A DNA stretch of 64,000 nucleotides, from contig NW_025964223.1 of the NCBI RefSeq assembly GCF_023055435.1, forward strand, positions 12,834,001-12,898,000, written 5' to 3'. This document shows, piece by piece, positions 22,801 to 35,500 of the stretch. Made by a program: the position numbers and the translations under genes. Each line of letters opens with the position of its first letter. Position 1 is the stretch's first letter. Below the pieces are notes generated by a model, which did no database searches, was not told the origin of the DNA, and was given only the letters and a program-made list of their open reading frames with translations. This DNA is from Haliotis rufescens. Lineage: Eukaryota.

Positions 22801-25800
22801 AAAGTACTGCTAACAGCTTCAGTAGCAGAGTCATTAGTGATGTCATGGTAACAATGATGTCACAATGGTCAGCAAAGCATTGTGATGCAATTTCATTGCA
22901 GCGATAACTACAATGTAGATATTGCTTGATCTCACCCAAGCCATATCTACTGTGGGAGCCAGTTTTGGATGATAAAATCCAGTAATTGCTATTATAAGCA
23001 ACAATCCTGACATCAGTGATCGATCAATCAACCAAGTCACCAAGTGGGACCACTTGTGCTGTAAATTAGTTAAAATTCGGGTTGAAAAACTACTTTTATC
23101 GCTCTGTTGACAGTATGGTTGATGAAAAAGCTTCTGTCAGATTAGCAGATATGGCTCAATAACATGGTGCCTACACTCAAGGTGGAGAGTAATCAGGGCT
23201 CGAGATAAGCTGCGTATTTGCATAAAATACACATTAAATAACTAAAATCAAATCCTAGCTTATGCAACAAAAACTATAAATACCCTATTGAAATAAAACT
23301 AATTCATATATTACAACTGTTTGATAAAATGATTATGTATCAGCTGATCGCCAAATTCACTTACAGACAGTTACATTCAGAAAAGGTTCTGCAACAAACA
23401 TACTGACGGATGCCAATTGAAAAGTCTATGTACATTTTGTATCCTGAACAGTCGCTGAGTGGTGATTAAAAAAGCGCAAACAAAAATGGCGTCCCAGTGA
23501 GGGAACTGCAACCAGACGGGTATACTATTATCATGATTATTTACATAGTTTTAAATGATTTGCAGGGATTGTTATGACACAGGTTTCAAGTTAAAATACC
23601 AAATGTCAAGAAACTTGGGGTAATGTTTTTTATTGAATACCCTCTGAAAATTGTGGATACCCAATCAAAATCAAATCCCTGAGTAAAATACCCAAATAAC
23701 CAAAAACATATCTAGAGCTCTGGAAATGACACTGAATTACAAATGGTGGACTGGGAGTCAAGTTTTAGTCCACCAGTCCTTATAATGAGAACATATAGCA
23801 AAAGCCTTAGATTTGGCAGTTTCTACTAGTCCTCATGATACCTAACTATTGGGCATTGGCCAGGACTACAGGACGAGTGCCAATTTCAGTGCCAGTCACC
23901 TGTTTCTCTGCAGCCATTCTGTGTACAGACAGACATGCTATGTTCCGGGCAGCCTTCCCCAAGCCTATCTGTCCCTCCTGTAGGTAGCTGCTCATGGGGA
24001 AGTCGGAGCTGACACAGGGGGCACCTGCAGGATATAATGCACATGAATACTACAGGCTGTACATACACATTGACCCCTCCTGTAGGTAGCTGCTCATGGG
24101 GAAGTCGGAGCTGACACAGGGGGCACCTGCAGGATATAATGCACATGAACACTGCAGGCTGTACATACACATTGACCCCTCCTGTAGGTAGCTGCTCATG
24201 GGGAAGTCAGAGCTGACACAGGGGGCACCTGCAGGATATAATGCACATGAACACTGCAGGCTGTACATACACATTGACCCCTCCTGTAGGTAGCTGCTCA
24301 TGGGGTAGTCAGAGCTGACACAGGGGGCACCTGCAGGATATAATGCACATGAACACTGCAGGCTGTACATACACATTGACCCCTCCTGTAGGTAGCTGCT
24401 CATGGGGAAGTCAGAGCTGACACAGGGGGCACCTGCAGGATATAATGCACATGAACACTGCAGGCTGTACATACACATTGACCCCTCCTGTAGGTAGCTG
24501 CTCATGGGGAAGTCAGAGCTGACACAGGGGGCACCTGCAGGATATAATGCACATGAACACTGCAGGCTGTACATACACATTGACCCCTCCTGTAGGTAGC
24601 TGCTCATAGGGAAGTCAGAGCTGACACAGGGGGCACCTGCCGGATATAATGCACATGAACACTGCAGGCTGTACATACACATTGAGCATGATCCTAATGA
24701 TGCTAATAGCTATGTTTATTGGACCACAATATCATGTTACTCAGTACCACAAATCATATTTGTAGTTCCCTATCAGCTTACAAGACTCGGCAATATTCCA
24801 GCCATATGATGGCAGCCTCCAAATAATTGACACTGGACAGATAATTCAGTGTGACGATCAACTTTATCCGGGTACGATGACACACAATCAACCAAGTCAC
24901 TGGGCCTGACCATCCAATCCATTTGTTCACCTCATACGACCAGCATAGCGTGCTGGGAATCACTTCTAAACCGGACAAGCTACCAATCTCATTAAAATCA
25001 GACCTTAGTTCTCGCTACCGCTAAACAAAGATCTGAAGACATCCCATTTGGGGTCACGTCAGAAAAACCTTTCATCCGACCAATCAGAGCGTCACTTACC
25101 AGATCATGAAAGTGACAGTCGGAATGTGATTTCTAATCATGCAACCACAAAAACTTTAACACAGGGTATTCCGAACGATAGTTACGGGTTTAATGACCGA
25201 AATCCATACAATCTAGACTACCTATCTTTTAGCCATTCCAGAATGTTCTTTTGTTCAGGTTTCACATTTGTAATGGAGAATTTGTCAAAATATGTTTTGA
25301 AGCGTAGTCGCCCATTTCAAATTAGTGCCATAAAGCTGGAGAAAGCTGCCTTCTGATTGGTCATTCCATTGGTCGGTCAAAGTTCGCGCAAGGTTGGTCT
25401 GACGTGACCCGTAATGGGATGTCCTCAGATCTTTGTTTAGCGGTGGCGAGAACTAAGATCTGATTTTAATGAGATTGGACAAGCTTCAAGACTTACAGAG
25501 AGTGAGTAAGAATAGTTTTGTGCAACTTTTAGCAAAACTGCAGCAATATCATGGTGGGGGACACCTGAAATTGGCTTCACACATCCTAGGCAACTTGGGT
25601 AAGCAATAGAAATATCAACAGTCATATGGGAATTGGGAAAATAAATTGCAGTAGGATGGACTCCCCTGGCAGAAGGTGCATGAAATTCAAAATGAATTCG
25701 CAGACAATATCACACTGAACAATATTATACTCAAATAAGCAAGATAAGGGCATGTCTGAAAGTAACTGAGTCTTGACCAAATACAACTGTGGTACAGTTT

Positions 25801-28800
25801 ATATGATGAATGATGCTTGCTGTAAGAGGTGACTAACGACATCGGGCGGTCTGGCTAGCTGACTTGGTTGATGCATGTCATTGATCCCAAGTGTGTGGAC
25901 CGATGTGCATAACGTCAATCACTGGATTGGTCCAGACTTGATTATTAACAGACCGCTGCCATATAGCTGGAATATTGCTAAGTGCAGCGTGAAACAACAA
26001 ACAAACAAACATGAACAATGATCCATGCCACTGAAATAAGATGACACGAGTAGGCTCTCATAACAACAGTGGCACACCAGGGGCCACCTCCACCATGGAT
26101 CGGAATGGAGCAAGGCATCAGGTGGACTCTTCTCAAGAGACTACTTGTGTTTCAGTTTTTAGAAGTTTGGAGGGGACTTAAAGTGACTGACCCTGTCAGC
26201 ATGCAATCAGGTTTTTCTCTGCCAAAAAGCTGATGTAACTTCTATCAACCAGTCTGTGAAATACTTGCACATGATTAATTTAGTCTGGTTTGCAGATTGT
26301 CTCATATTAGGCAGTAAGGCAAATCTAGCCCGAGCAGCTATCAGGCAGAGTTTTTGTAAAACTTTGAAATCTTTCACCTTTTGAAAATTTATACAAATTT
26401 AAACTATGGATCAATACATGTATACTATGAATGGTTAGTTTGGTATCGACAGGTGAAAATTCATGATGCACTGATTCATCAGTGAAACCCCACCTGTAAT
26501 TATTGCTCCAAAGGGAAAGTCACACAGAGCTGTTTTGTCAGCCCAGTCTCATATGAAAAAGGTCCACCTTCAAACTCATACCTCTAACATACTTGCAGCA
26601 TCGCCAAATGGACCAGCAACAAACTCCTCCTCCAAGAGATGATAGCAGCAAGCGACATTACACATGACTGTGACAGACGGACTGTTGACGAACAGACGCA
26701 CAAGACTTGAGCCAAGACCCCCACACGTGTGAAGACCCGTCAGAAGCAGTCTGGCCTTGTCCGGGTCCAATCCCAACTCAACTACCGAATCCTTTACCGA
26801 TTCCATCAGCTTCATGTTACAATCTACAAACTTCGTCAGTGGGACAAACCTTTCCTCTTTAGGCCTGTCCTTGGTGGTAGTGTGGATCCCAAGGGTAGAA
26901 CTATTGTTTAATGAAGACCTTGAGTATTTGTGCTTCTCAGTTGAATCCGAGTTACACAAACTCTCCGAATGTTCCACTGAATTATTACTTGTATCGTCAG
27001 CTGCAGATGGTTCATTGTTGATGGATTTATTTTTGTTGATTTTTACTGTATTCTCAAAAACCTTGTTCGGACAAACATTTTTGCTTGTTGAACAATGGTC
27101 ATGAGTAGTTTGGTCTGAAGGCTTAATGTCTGCATTTTCTGCATGAAGAGAGTCCTCCATTGCCTCATCTACATCATGGACATTAAAAGCAATGAAACTG
27201 TCCGAGAGTTCATTAATATCACAGCTTGAACATTTACTCTCAAAAGAACTGGACTTTGTCTTAAAATCCTTCCTTGTACTTTTATCTGACAAACAAGCTA
27301 ATGGATGGTCTTTGTGTCTTTGTGAATTTTTCTTTGATTTCACAGGCTGTTTTTTTCTGGCATCCCATTCCTTGTCCAGTCTGCCTGCCCTCTTGGTGGC
27401 GCCATCTGTGTTTGTGCTGGAGGAGTCGATCCCAATGACGTGATGATTAAATTCGTAACACAACTGAGTGCTGAGGTAGCCCTTCCCACTGCCTAGGTCC
27501 ACTGTCTGAAACATTATTGACCCTTGTCATGCTTCTGAAACCCGGGACCATGAGTGAGCATGTTCGTATTTGAACTAGGCCAGGGTGTACAGTGCGAGTC
27601 ACAACATAGCCAAGATACTGCTGATGTAACATCATATTGGAACTCACTCGCTTTGGCCTGATGAGGGAATGCTTCAACAACTAGGCTATCCCAGCACACC
27701 CACAATATGGAAATTCTGTTACACAAAGCTATCTTACTGCTATGACTATCATAAACCTATGTTAATGTATGGAAATTACGATCATCAAAGTGATCATAGT
27801 GCTCAATCTCATTAAAATCAGATCTTAGTTCTGGCTACAAAGATCTGAGGACATGCCATTGCAGGTCAAATTTTCATCTGACCAATCAGAGCATCACTTA
27901 TCAGATCATGAAAGTGACAGTTGGAATGTGATTTTTGATCGTGCAACCTCGAAAAAAACACACACAGGGAATTCCAAACAACAGTTATGGGCTTTATGTC
28001 TGTATTCATACAATCTCGACCATCAATTAGCCATTCCAGAATGTTCTTCCGTTCAGTTCTGAATTTTTTAATCAAGTATATGTCAAAATATGTTTCGACG
28101 CGTAGTTGCCAGTTTGAAACTTGTGCCATAAAGCTTGAATAAGCTGCCTTCTGATTGGCTATTGTCAACTTCTTGTTAATCATTCCATTGGACAGTCAAA
28201 GTTTGTGAAAGGTCGGTTTCATCTGACCCGTAATGGGATGTCCTCAGATCTTTGTTTAGCGGTAGCGAGAACTAAGATATGATTTTAATGAGATTGCATA
28301 GCGCTAAGAACAATTTGTGTCGTAAGAAACAAATATTGCATAAAACATGACATACACTCAGACTGAAAATGCTTTTTTTTCATGTTGACCACTCAACTTA
28401 GTGTTCTAAAAGTTTCGAGAACTGATCATGCTGACTTGCCATTGTCAGCTGATTTAGTGATAATAGTAAACATAAAGTACATTGTGTATGCCATGTATTT
28501 GGCAGCAATACACTGTGCAGAGTTGTGTCCCTTGAGCATGCTAGAAGCCTATGCTTGTGGGTTCGAATCAACGTTCGCCCCGATTATGTTTTTAGGTATG
28601 TAAGCATCACACACATGCTTGTGGGTTTCACGAATGTGGGAAACGTCTGAGACCTGTATCACTTTCCTCCCACATTAAGCTGACACGCTTTGACACACCC
28701 AACTCACTCACAATACAATAATTACAAAACTGCATTGACATGTTTTACTTACCAGATTGGTTTTGAAAACATCGGCCATATGTGCGCAAACTTCGGCCAT

Positions 28801-29457
28801 GACTTCCACCTCATGACTCTTCTTCTGTGACATCAGCACACGTTCAAGTCTATCATCATCATCATCATCATCATCTACACCACATTGCAGCACACTCACA
28901 TCACCCACTGAAGTCAGCACATTCATCGAGGTCAGGGTATAGTCTTTGGCAGCTTGTGTGAAGGCATGCAGATTTGAATGATTCCAAGCAATAGGACATA
29001 ATGTTTGAAGATGAACATTTTTTCTTCCTTCTGCAGACATTGGAGATTTCTCGAGGAACTGACACTTAATGCATTTAAGATGATGTTGCCCAGGGTTAAA
29101 AGACTCCCACTTTTCTTCTGCTTTTGTATTCACTTTGGAGTGCTCAGCATTGAATAATTCGCTGTTACGGTCTGTCACCCCATCACCTTCTGACATCACT
29201 TTTCCAGTCACGACAGATGGTAAAGAAGACAATTCATCATCTGACATCTCCAAAAGTTCTTTCTGGATGTTTTCCGGCACATAGAAACTCCACAAGTTTT
29301 TAACTATGAAATCAGATGCTTGTGAGTTTGCTAGAGGCAAATATTCTGCCAAGAAAGACCAGGATTTATAAAGCATTCCTTTAGTGTTATTGATGAGAGC
29401 TTTCCTTGAGCCAGCAGTGACACCACCATCAGGTTTAGGGTTAGACTTGGCCGACAT
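19894..29457 (-). CDS. METTL25: Methyltransferase-like protein 25, 6 coding exons, 720 aa
   Basis: Exons (minus) 29457-28753, 27505-26593, 24024-23900, 22064-21894, 21269-21123, 19995-19894; all GT-AG with matching phases. Motifs MSQKKSHEV, VDLGSGKGYLS, GLHTCG, NVACCYHLL, FPMS..L...GKAARNIAC, LAPCIESLILLDR, LFDPVVSPRC. Confidence 0.93.
20265..20521 (-). mobile_element. SINE family C; other copies or fragments at 28555..28708, 34560..34750, 39445..39533, 60303..60560
   Basis: Shared body gtttctaggtttgtcagcaccatac...gctttcctcccacattaagctgacac and tail ctggaatactgttaaaagcgg..ttaaacccaactcactc; tRNA-like head with ggttcaaatcc / gctcgaatccc. Confidence 0.75.
23973..24685 (-). repeat. 102-bp minisatellite x7 spanning the acceptor of METTL25 coding exon 3
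   Basis: gcacctgc recurs at 24021, 24123, 24225, 24327, 24429, 24531, 24633. Unit is ~50 nt of intron plus ~52 nt of exon. Confidence 0.95.
24984..25477. mobile_element. Mutator-type MITE (~490 bp, long TIRs); copies at 27804..28296 and 37854..38334
   Basis: ~80-bp TIRs caatctcattaaaatcaga...; 9-10 bp TSDs gacaagct(a/t)c, catag(t/c)gct, gagtat(t/c)gc. Confidence 0.88.
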
Positions 29458-29545
29458 ATCACAACATTAAAACTGCATCTGCAAAGAAAGCGGTAAAATA
29501 ATTCAACTGGATGCCGATTATCAAAAGACTATATAACTATGACTA

Positions 29546-29828
29546 CCGTATTCGACGTAATAAGCGCCCAGGGCGCTATCAAATTTTTTTGTGGTTTATG
29601 CTGACAGCCTGAAATGATTATGTACGACAAATATATTTTTCCAGAATTAAATTCCCAATAACTGAGGGTGCATATCACACACGAGTGTGTATTATACGTG
29701 AATAAATAAGTCTTGTATACATTGATCAATTGGAAAGGGTGCTAATTGGGATTGTTCACTAGCCAATATATTAGCAAATATTTCCGTGGGAGCTTATTAG
29801 AGTGGGGCGCTTATTACGTCGAATACGG
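29546..29828. mobile_element. Tc1/mariner-pogo type MITE
   Basis: Perfect 24-bp TIR ccgtattcgacgtaataagcgccc, flanked by TA on both sides. Confidence 0.9.
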
Positions 29829-30199
29829 TATATGTCACTGACGAGGTTGCCGCACGCCATGAAAAACTTATACTTTCAATTACTTTTTCGATGTTGATGT
29901 CCAATTTTCGCTTTGATATTCAATTTCAAGCATGTGTCAAGGTTTAATCATAAATCATACAAATGCAAACAGGGTAATTTTTTTCTGCTTATTTTGAGCT
30001 TTATCGCCTTATTTTTTTATTTTTTTTTAAATAGTGATTCTGTTGCGTGCTGCTTTAGTAGTAGCATCAAACAAGCATGGTGGATTGGAGTCCGGTATAA
30101 AGCGTGTGTACCCCATACAATAAAAGTGTATTGACACTAAAATGTAGAGCTGGGACAATACACCAACTGTGCGACCCTATATCATGTATATGTATCACG

Positions 30200-30621
30200 A
30201 TACATTGCTCACGATCCGATACATATCACGACACTTGCAACAATGTTTTACAAATTGCAGCGCCATCTTGCGTTCTTTATCGTCAATGTTGTCCTTTAGC
30301 AGTTTGGAGTCCTTTTGTGCACTGATGTTCATTAGCACAGATTATTCTTTCTTTACATGACGTCTTTTGTTTGCGAGTTGTTTATATATGTACCATTCAT
30401 TCTTTTTAACATTAGACTATACATTGCTCATGATCTGATACATATCACGACACTTGCAACAATGTTTTACAAATTGCAGCGCCATCTTGCCTTCTTTATC
30501 GTCAATGCGTTGTCCATTAGTTCTTTGATGTTCATTAGCACAGATTGTTCTTTCTTTACATGACGTCTTTTGTTTGCGAGTTGTTTATATGTAACATTCA
30601 TTCTTTTAAACATTAGACTAT
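30200..30621 (+). repeat. ~220-bp tandem duplication
   Basis: tacattgctca...aacattagactat repeated at about 30201-30420 and 30420-30621. Confidence 0.85.
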
Positions 30622-31099
30622 TATTGCATAATTTTGTCCTTTATTTCAACTTTGTATTTTTTTACCGAATGTCCGCCCGGAGATATGTGACGGTTCAAAT
30701 TGAGGAACTGTATGAATGAATGAGTGAAGCTATGTATGTGCACTGGTATGCATGGTATGAAAGTGTACAATGTTGAAATCAATGATACGAATTAAATCAG
30801 TGAAAGAGCTTGCTTTGTTAATGTAGTTAGTCAGTGTCCTGATATGTCTTCAAATTAAAACTTTAAATTTCTTCGTTTAGGCTGCCATGCTCAGTCGAAT
30901 CGGACAGCACAAGGCACGATCCACGTGTTCAGCCACAGGACTTTAGGCTGCGAGACTTTTGGCGAGTTTGTTTATTATTATTATTAATAACATTAGTTAC
31001 ATAGTTCTGTGTTTCAGGATACGATCAGTGGCCACAATGTGATCAGGTTGGTCGATATACATTAGTATGACTGTTAATGTTAGATCTTTGTAACTAACA

Positions 31100-31515
31100 C
31101 ATGTATTAACTCACGAAATTGACGATTCCTGCCCTGTCACAAAAGTTCATCACCATTTTCTCCTCTGGCTTTTCGCAAGCACTTCCCCCGTGTTGTGTAT
31201 CAGGGCGCTGTCATGTTTGATGGTGCAGTCTGGGAGTATCTGGACATTGAATTGCCGCCAATAAAACAACAATTTGGGTGATGACTACTCGAAAAGACTA
31301 TGAAATTCTCCTTTCTGGCGACAGAAGATAGCATTTTCCCAAATTCTTCGCCAATTTTCTCGCGCATGCGTAGTAAAAGCTGAAGCGCGAGGTTTGAAAC
31401 TTTCAAAATGGTTGCTGTAAACAAAGCACATTGCTATGCATTTTGATGTGGTTTGTATGACATTTCATAAGACACTTGAACTAAGCCGACAACGTCATCA
31501 CAAACTGTAAGTTAC
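31100..31515. promoter_or_regulatory. Putative bidirectional promoter of METTL25 and CIP2A
   Basis: Lies between the divergent genes; NRF1-like cgcgcatgcgt at 31361-31371. Candidate 5'UTR donors: plus-strand gtaagt near 31507 and minus-strand gtgagt at 31114. Both ATG exons have upstream acceptors (32528 and 29479). Confidence 0.5.
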
Positions 31516-32564
31516 AGTGCATGATCCTATTTGTCGTAGAATAGCAGATTGGTTTGAATCCAGTCTATTTCGTGTATGACAAAAGTTGTCAACCGCCTTG
31601 TGTCACCTATTTTCGTGGCATTGAAATGGTGTTTTATTATAAAAAGATACGAGAATACACGCAGTACATACATAATCAATACAATAGTGTGCAATATATA
31701 CAGTGAGGATCACGACTTGGACCATGGAACGTGGTGGAAAATTTAATACAACCATTTATTGTTTCCTTCCTCGTCAGTGATCACCTCATCTGCATCTGGT
31801 GCTGTCACCGATGAGGTCAATATTTGCCTCTATCAGAAACAGACAAACTGATAGAGTCTTAGCCAAATGATAGTGGGATTGCTGTGGGAAGTTTGGGCAT
31901 TTGTAGTTATTGTCAAGGGGTCCTTGTTCATTTCGATACCAGTCAAAACGGGCCAGTGTCAAAACAGACCAGTCAATCTGGATTTCGTTTGGTAATGGTC
32001 AATGACAACCTGGTTATATGATAAATGGGCAAGAATACAGTATACTGCACACCATTTTGGAAAGGGATGTGCACGAGCTCATTCTTTTGAGCGGTTTCTA
32101 TGTTTTTTAGATGCCATTTTTTTCTCCTCGCTAAAATAACGGGGTTTGGGGGACTTGCCCCCCCCCCCCCCCCCCCCCAATCTACAGCTTGAATTAAATG
32201 CTTTTGTAGGTAAATGAAATGTTTAATTACCAAAGTAGACACAAAATATGTGTTCGCTGAAATGTGGCTCCGACGTATGTCACTGATGAGACTGTCGCAC
32301 GCCATGATGGAACTTCGATTCTAAGTACTTTTTCAATGTTGATGTCCAATTTTCGCCGTTTATGCATCACTTTGATATTCAATTCCAAGGTTTAATCGTA
32401 TTAAACCATACGATTGCAAGCGTGGATCATTTTTTCTGCTCATTTTGGGCTTTATCCCCCTATTTTTCAAATAGTGATGCTGTCGCATGCGGCTTTATTA
32501 GTAAACAATAAAAAAATTTTGTCTGCAGAGAAGAAATAGCTGACAATTCCAACTAACTACAATA

Positions 32565-35500
32565 ATGGAGGCTGCCCCATGTGTGAAACAGGTGACAATC
32601 GCAGCCAATCAGTACCACAACAGTCGCAGCAACAGCAACCTTATCTATCTACAGCGACAACTTGAGGTACAGGGATGATTGTTACAAGTCACCATGTGTA
32701 CATTTAGAGACTATGATCCAATGGAATGGCACTTCATTATTTTTGCATTTGAATGGTTAAAACATGCTATAGGCTTTTTAATAAAGGATTTATGTAAAAT
32801 GATGTTTAATTTATGACATTTGCAAATTTGAAATGAATGTGGATTTGAAGGTTATTATCATAAATAGGTCTCTTTTCTAGTGTTTGAGGAATGAGCTAGC
32901 TCTTTCTTTTGGAAAAGTTAGGGACAATGTTGATTTTGAATATTGCTTATTCCGAACATCTTCTTGTTAATATTTTTGTGTGAAATTTGTTAATAATTTA
33001 TGAACATGATAAAGGAATATTTAACATGTTTAATAATTTAATTACCTAGGTTTAGTAAATCAAGTTTTTCAAAATAATATCCTAAAAGTTTGATTATGAA
33101 CATTGTATTGACCCTTTCCTTTGACATTGACCACCATCCAATTCTTACTACATTGCTTTATTGTACTGCATCTTTGCGTAATTGGTCATCAAAATCTTTA
33201 AAGAAAATTAGATTAGCATTGTTAGTATTTAGTATGGTACTATGGAACATCACAAGAGTCACCAGAGAAATTTCAGAAACTGTAATACTGAGAGTGGTTT
33301 TGTCACATTGATCATGATGATACTTGTAACAACACTAAGAATGACCGTTCTGTTGTATTTTAGATTCTACATGGAGTGATAGGTCGCACTTTGCCCCTCA
33401 AGTTCTTCAACCCCCGCCAGCTTCTGGCTGCAGAGTGTCTGACATGCATCGTGGATATCCTCAACGACTCACAGTCCAAGTCGGGGCTAGTACTCAAGTG
33501 TCTCACAGTGCTCAATCAAATAGGTAAGCTTGAATACACAGGAAAATCCTTTTACACATCTTTTATGTATAAGAATCTCCCAACTAACTGAATAACTTAC
33601 TGCATCTCTTTAGACCTTCCTCCCATGTAATGCTGATACAGCATGTTATGCTATGTGTTGCAGTCTGTGGCATCAACTTGTGAGTCTTTTTGCCTGAACT
33701 TGGCTCTTGGCATCATTTTCAGTACATTATAGTGTTATGAAGTGGACTAGTACTATCTGAGCATACAAGACCAAACAGAAATTTACCATGTTTACTAGAC
33801 TAGGGTTTCGGACAAGTGGCTGAAGTTGCAGACTGTTAAAGTTTTGTTCAAAGCTTAATTTAATGTAACTTGTATTTGACAGATAGCTGTCTTTGATCCC
33901 ATCATGCATGTACTATGCAGTCTGCATCTTTAGCCACTAGTCCGGAGTCCAGTAGATTTCTATTCTTCAGCTGGTAGCTCAGCTCATAATGGTCAAATAG
34001 TATCAACACTAATATCTGCTGAAAATTAGGGGTGAACAACAAGGTCACAAAACGATACGTGACACGATGTGTAGGTCACAATACGCATATTGACCTCAAA
34101 TCATGTGGAAACTTCTTGATTATCATGATTATAATTATTTCAGAGCAGGTTCCAAAGGAAAAGCTAGCTGTAAACACATTTTTGTAGTGGTTATTTTTAG
34201 TAGTGAACTTAAAAAGCTAATTACAACCCATATTGCAACAGTTGACTGACAAAAAATGCTGGGTTTGGGGGCATTAAACAACTAGTAAATAGTGTAGTTA
34301 GCAAGTGTATCATCTTGTATCGATACAGAGAAAAACATATTGTGTATCATATCATTGCATGAAAACTCACGATGCACTGGCTCACCAATGTATAGTTTCA
34401 CCCCTACTGAAAATGATGCAGACAGCGATGTCTTGGCTGGTAAATTAAAAAGTTTTTGGCACAACTAGACTTATCATTAATATATTAAGTCAGGCCATGG
34501 CCAATATGGATGCATAGATTATTAGATCAGTCCTGACATCCCTACTATCTGTTGTGGGATGCCCTGATTATGTTTCTAGGTTTGTCAGCACCATACCTGT
34601 GCTCGTGGGTTTCACCGAAGTTGTAAACGTCTGAGACCTGCACCACTTCGGGCTTTCCTCCCACATTAAGCTGACACGCTGTGATATAACTGGAATACTG
34701 TTGAAAGCAGTGTTAAACCCAACTCTCTCACTCACTCACTCTCTCACTCACTGTTGTGAGGCGACTAAACGGATCAGGTGGTGACAGGTTTATTGCATGT
34801 CATCATATCCCAATTGCGTGGATCGATGCTCATGATGTCAATCACAGGATTGTCTGGTTCAGATTTGATAATTTACTGGGGTACTATGTTTACAGACTGC
34901 TGTCATATAGCTAGAACATTGCTGAGTGTGGCGTTTAACAACAAACAAACAAACAAACAAACTTGTGTGTTTCAGGCCAGGAGCACGATATGAAGGAGAT
35001 GCTGCACACTACCTTCAACCTGACCCCCGTGTTGGCTGGGGTGCTGAAGCTTCACGGGGGCCCCTCCTCAGACCAGCTCACAGCAGAGGTAATGCACACA
35101 CGCCCCTTGGATTGTCTTGTGTGTGGTGTGACCATTTTGATAATAGTAATAAACGGATGTTTGTAATGTGCTATGATCCTTCTGTTGAAGCCTGCTCAAA
35201 GTGCTTATTCTTGACAGTCATTTTGGAGACATAAATGCGTAGTTAATTAATGCAAGCAAAGCCAACTCGCATTTTTCGCACTTAATTCACGCCTGCATTA
35301 ATTTCAAGATTAACAGTGTGTTGAATCGTCTTGTGCTGACTGTTTCAGTGTCTGCAGCTCATGATGAAGATCACCCATGGTCACAGAATCAGCTTCCATG
35401 AGAGTTTCATGGAAGATCTTCTCAAATACCTCATTAAACAAGTGTGAGTTGTGCTGGTGTTGTGAAGTTTTTCGGTTTTTTAATTCAGTTTCATGTAGAA

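Noticed and set aside
24050-24682. 210-aa repeat ORF as an independent gene
   Set aside because: It is the tandemly amplified METTL25 intron/exon junction.
26576-26592. Alternative donor extending METTL25 exon 2 to ...SMLE
   Set aside because: It gives phase 0, which does not fit the phase-1 start of the next exon; the donor at 26593 fits.
29835-29870. Hammerhead ribozyme (ctgacga...gaaa)
   Set aside because: No convincing stem II or III, and the paralogous copy at 32283 lacks the GAAA.
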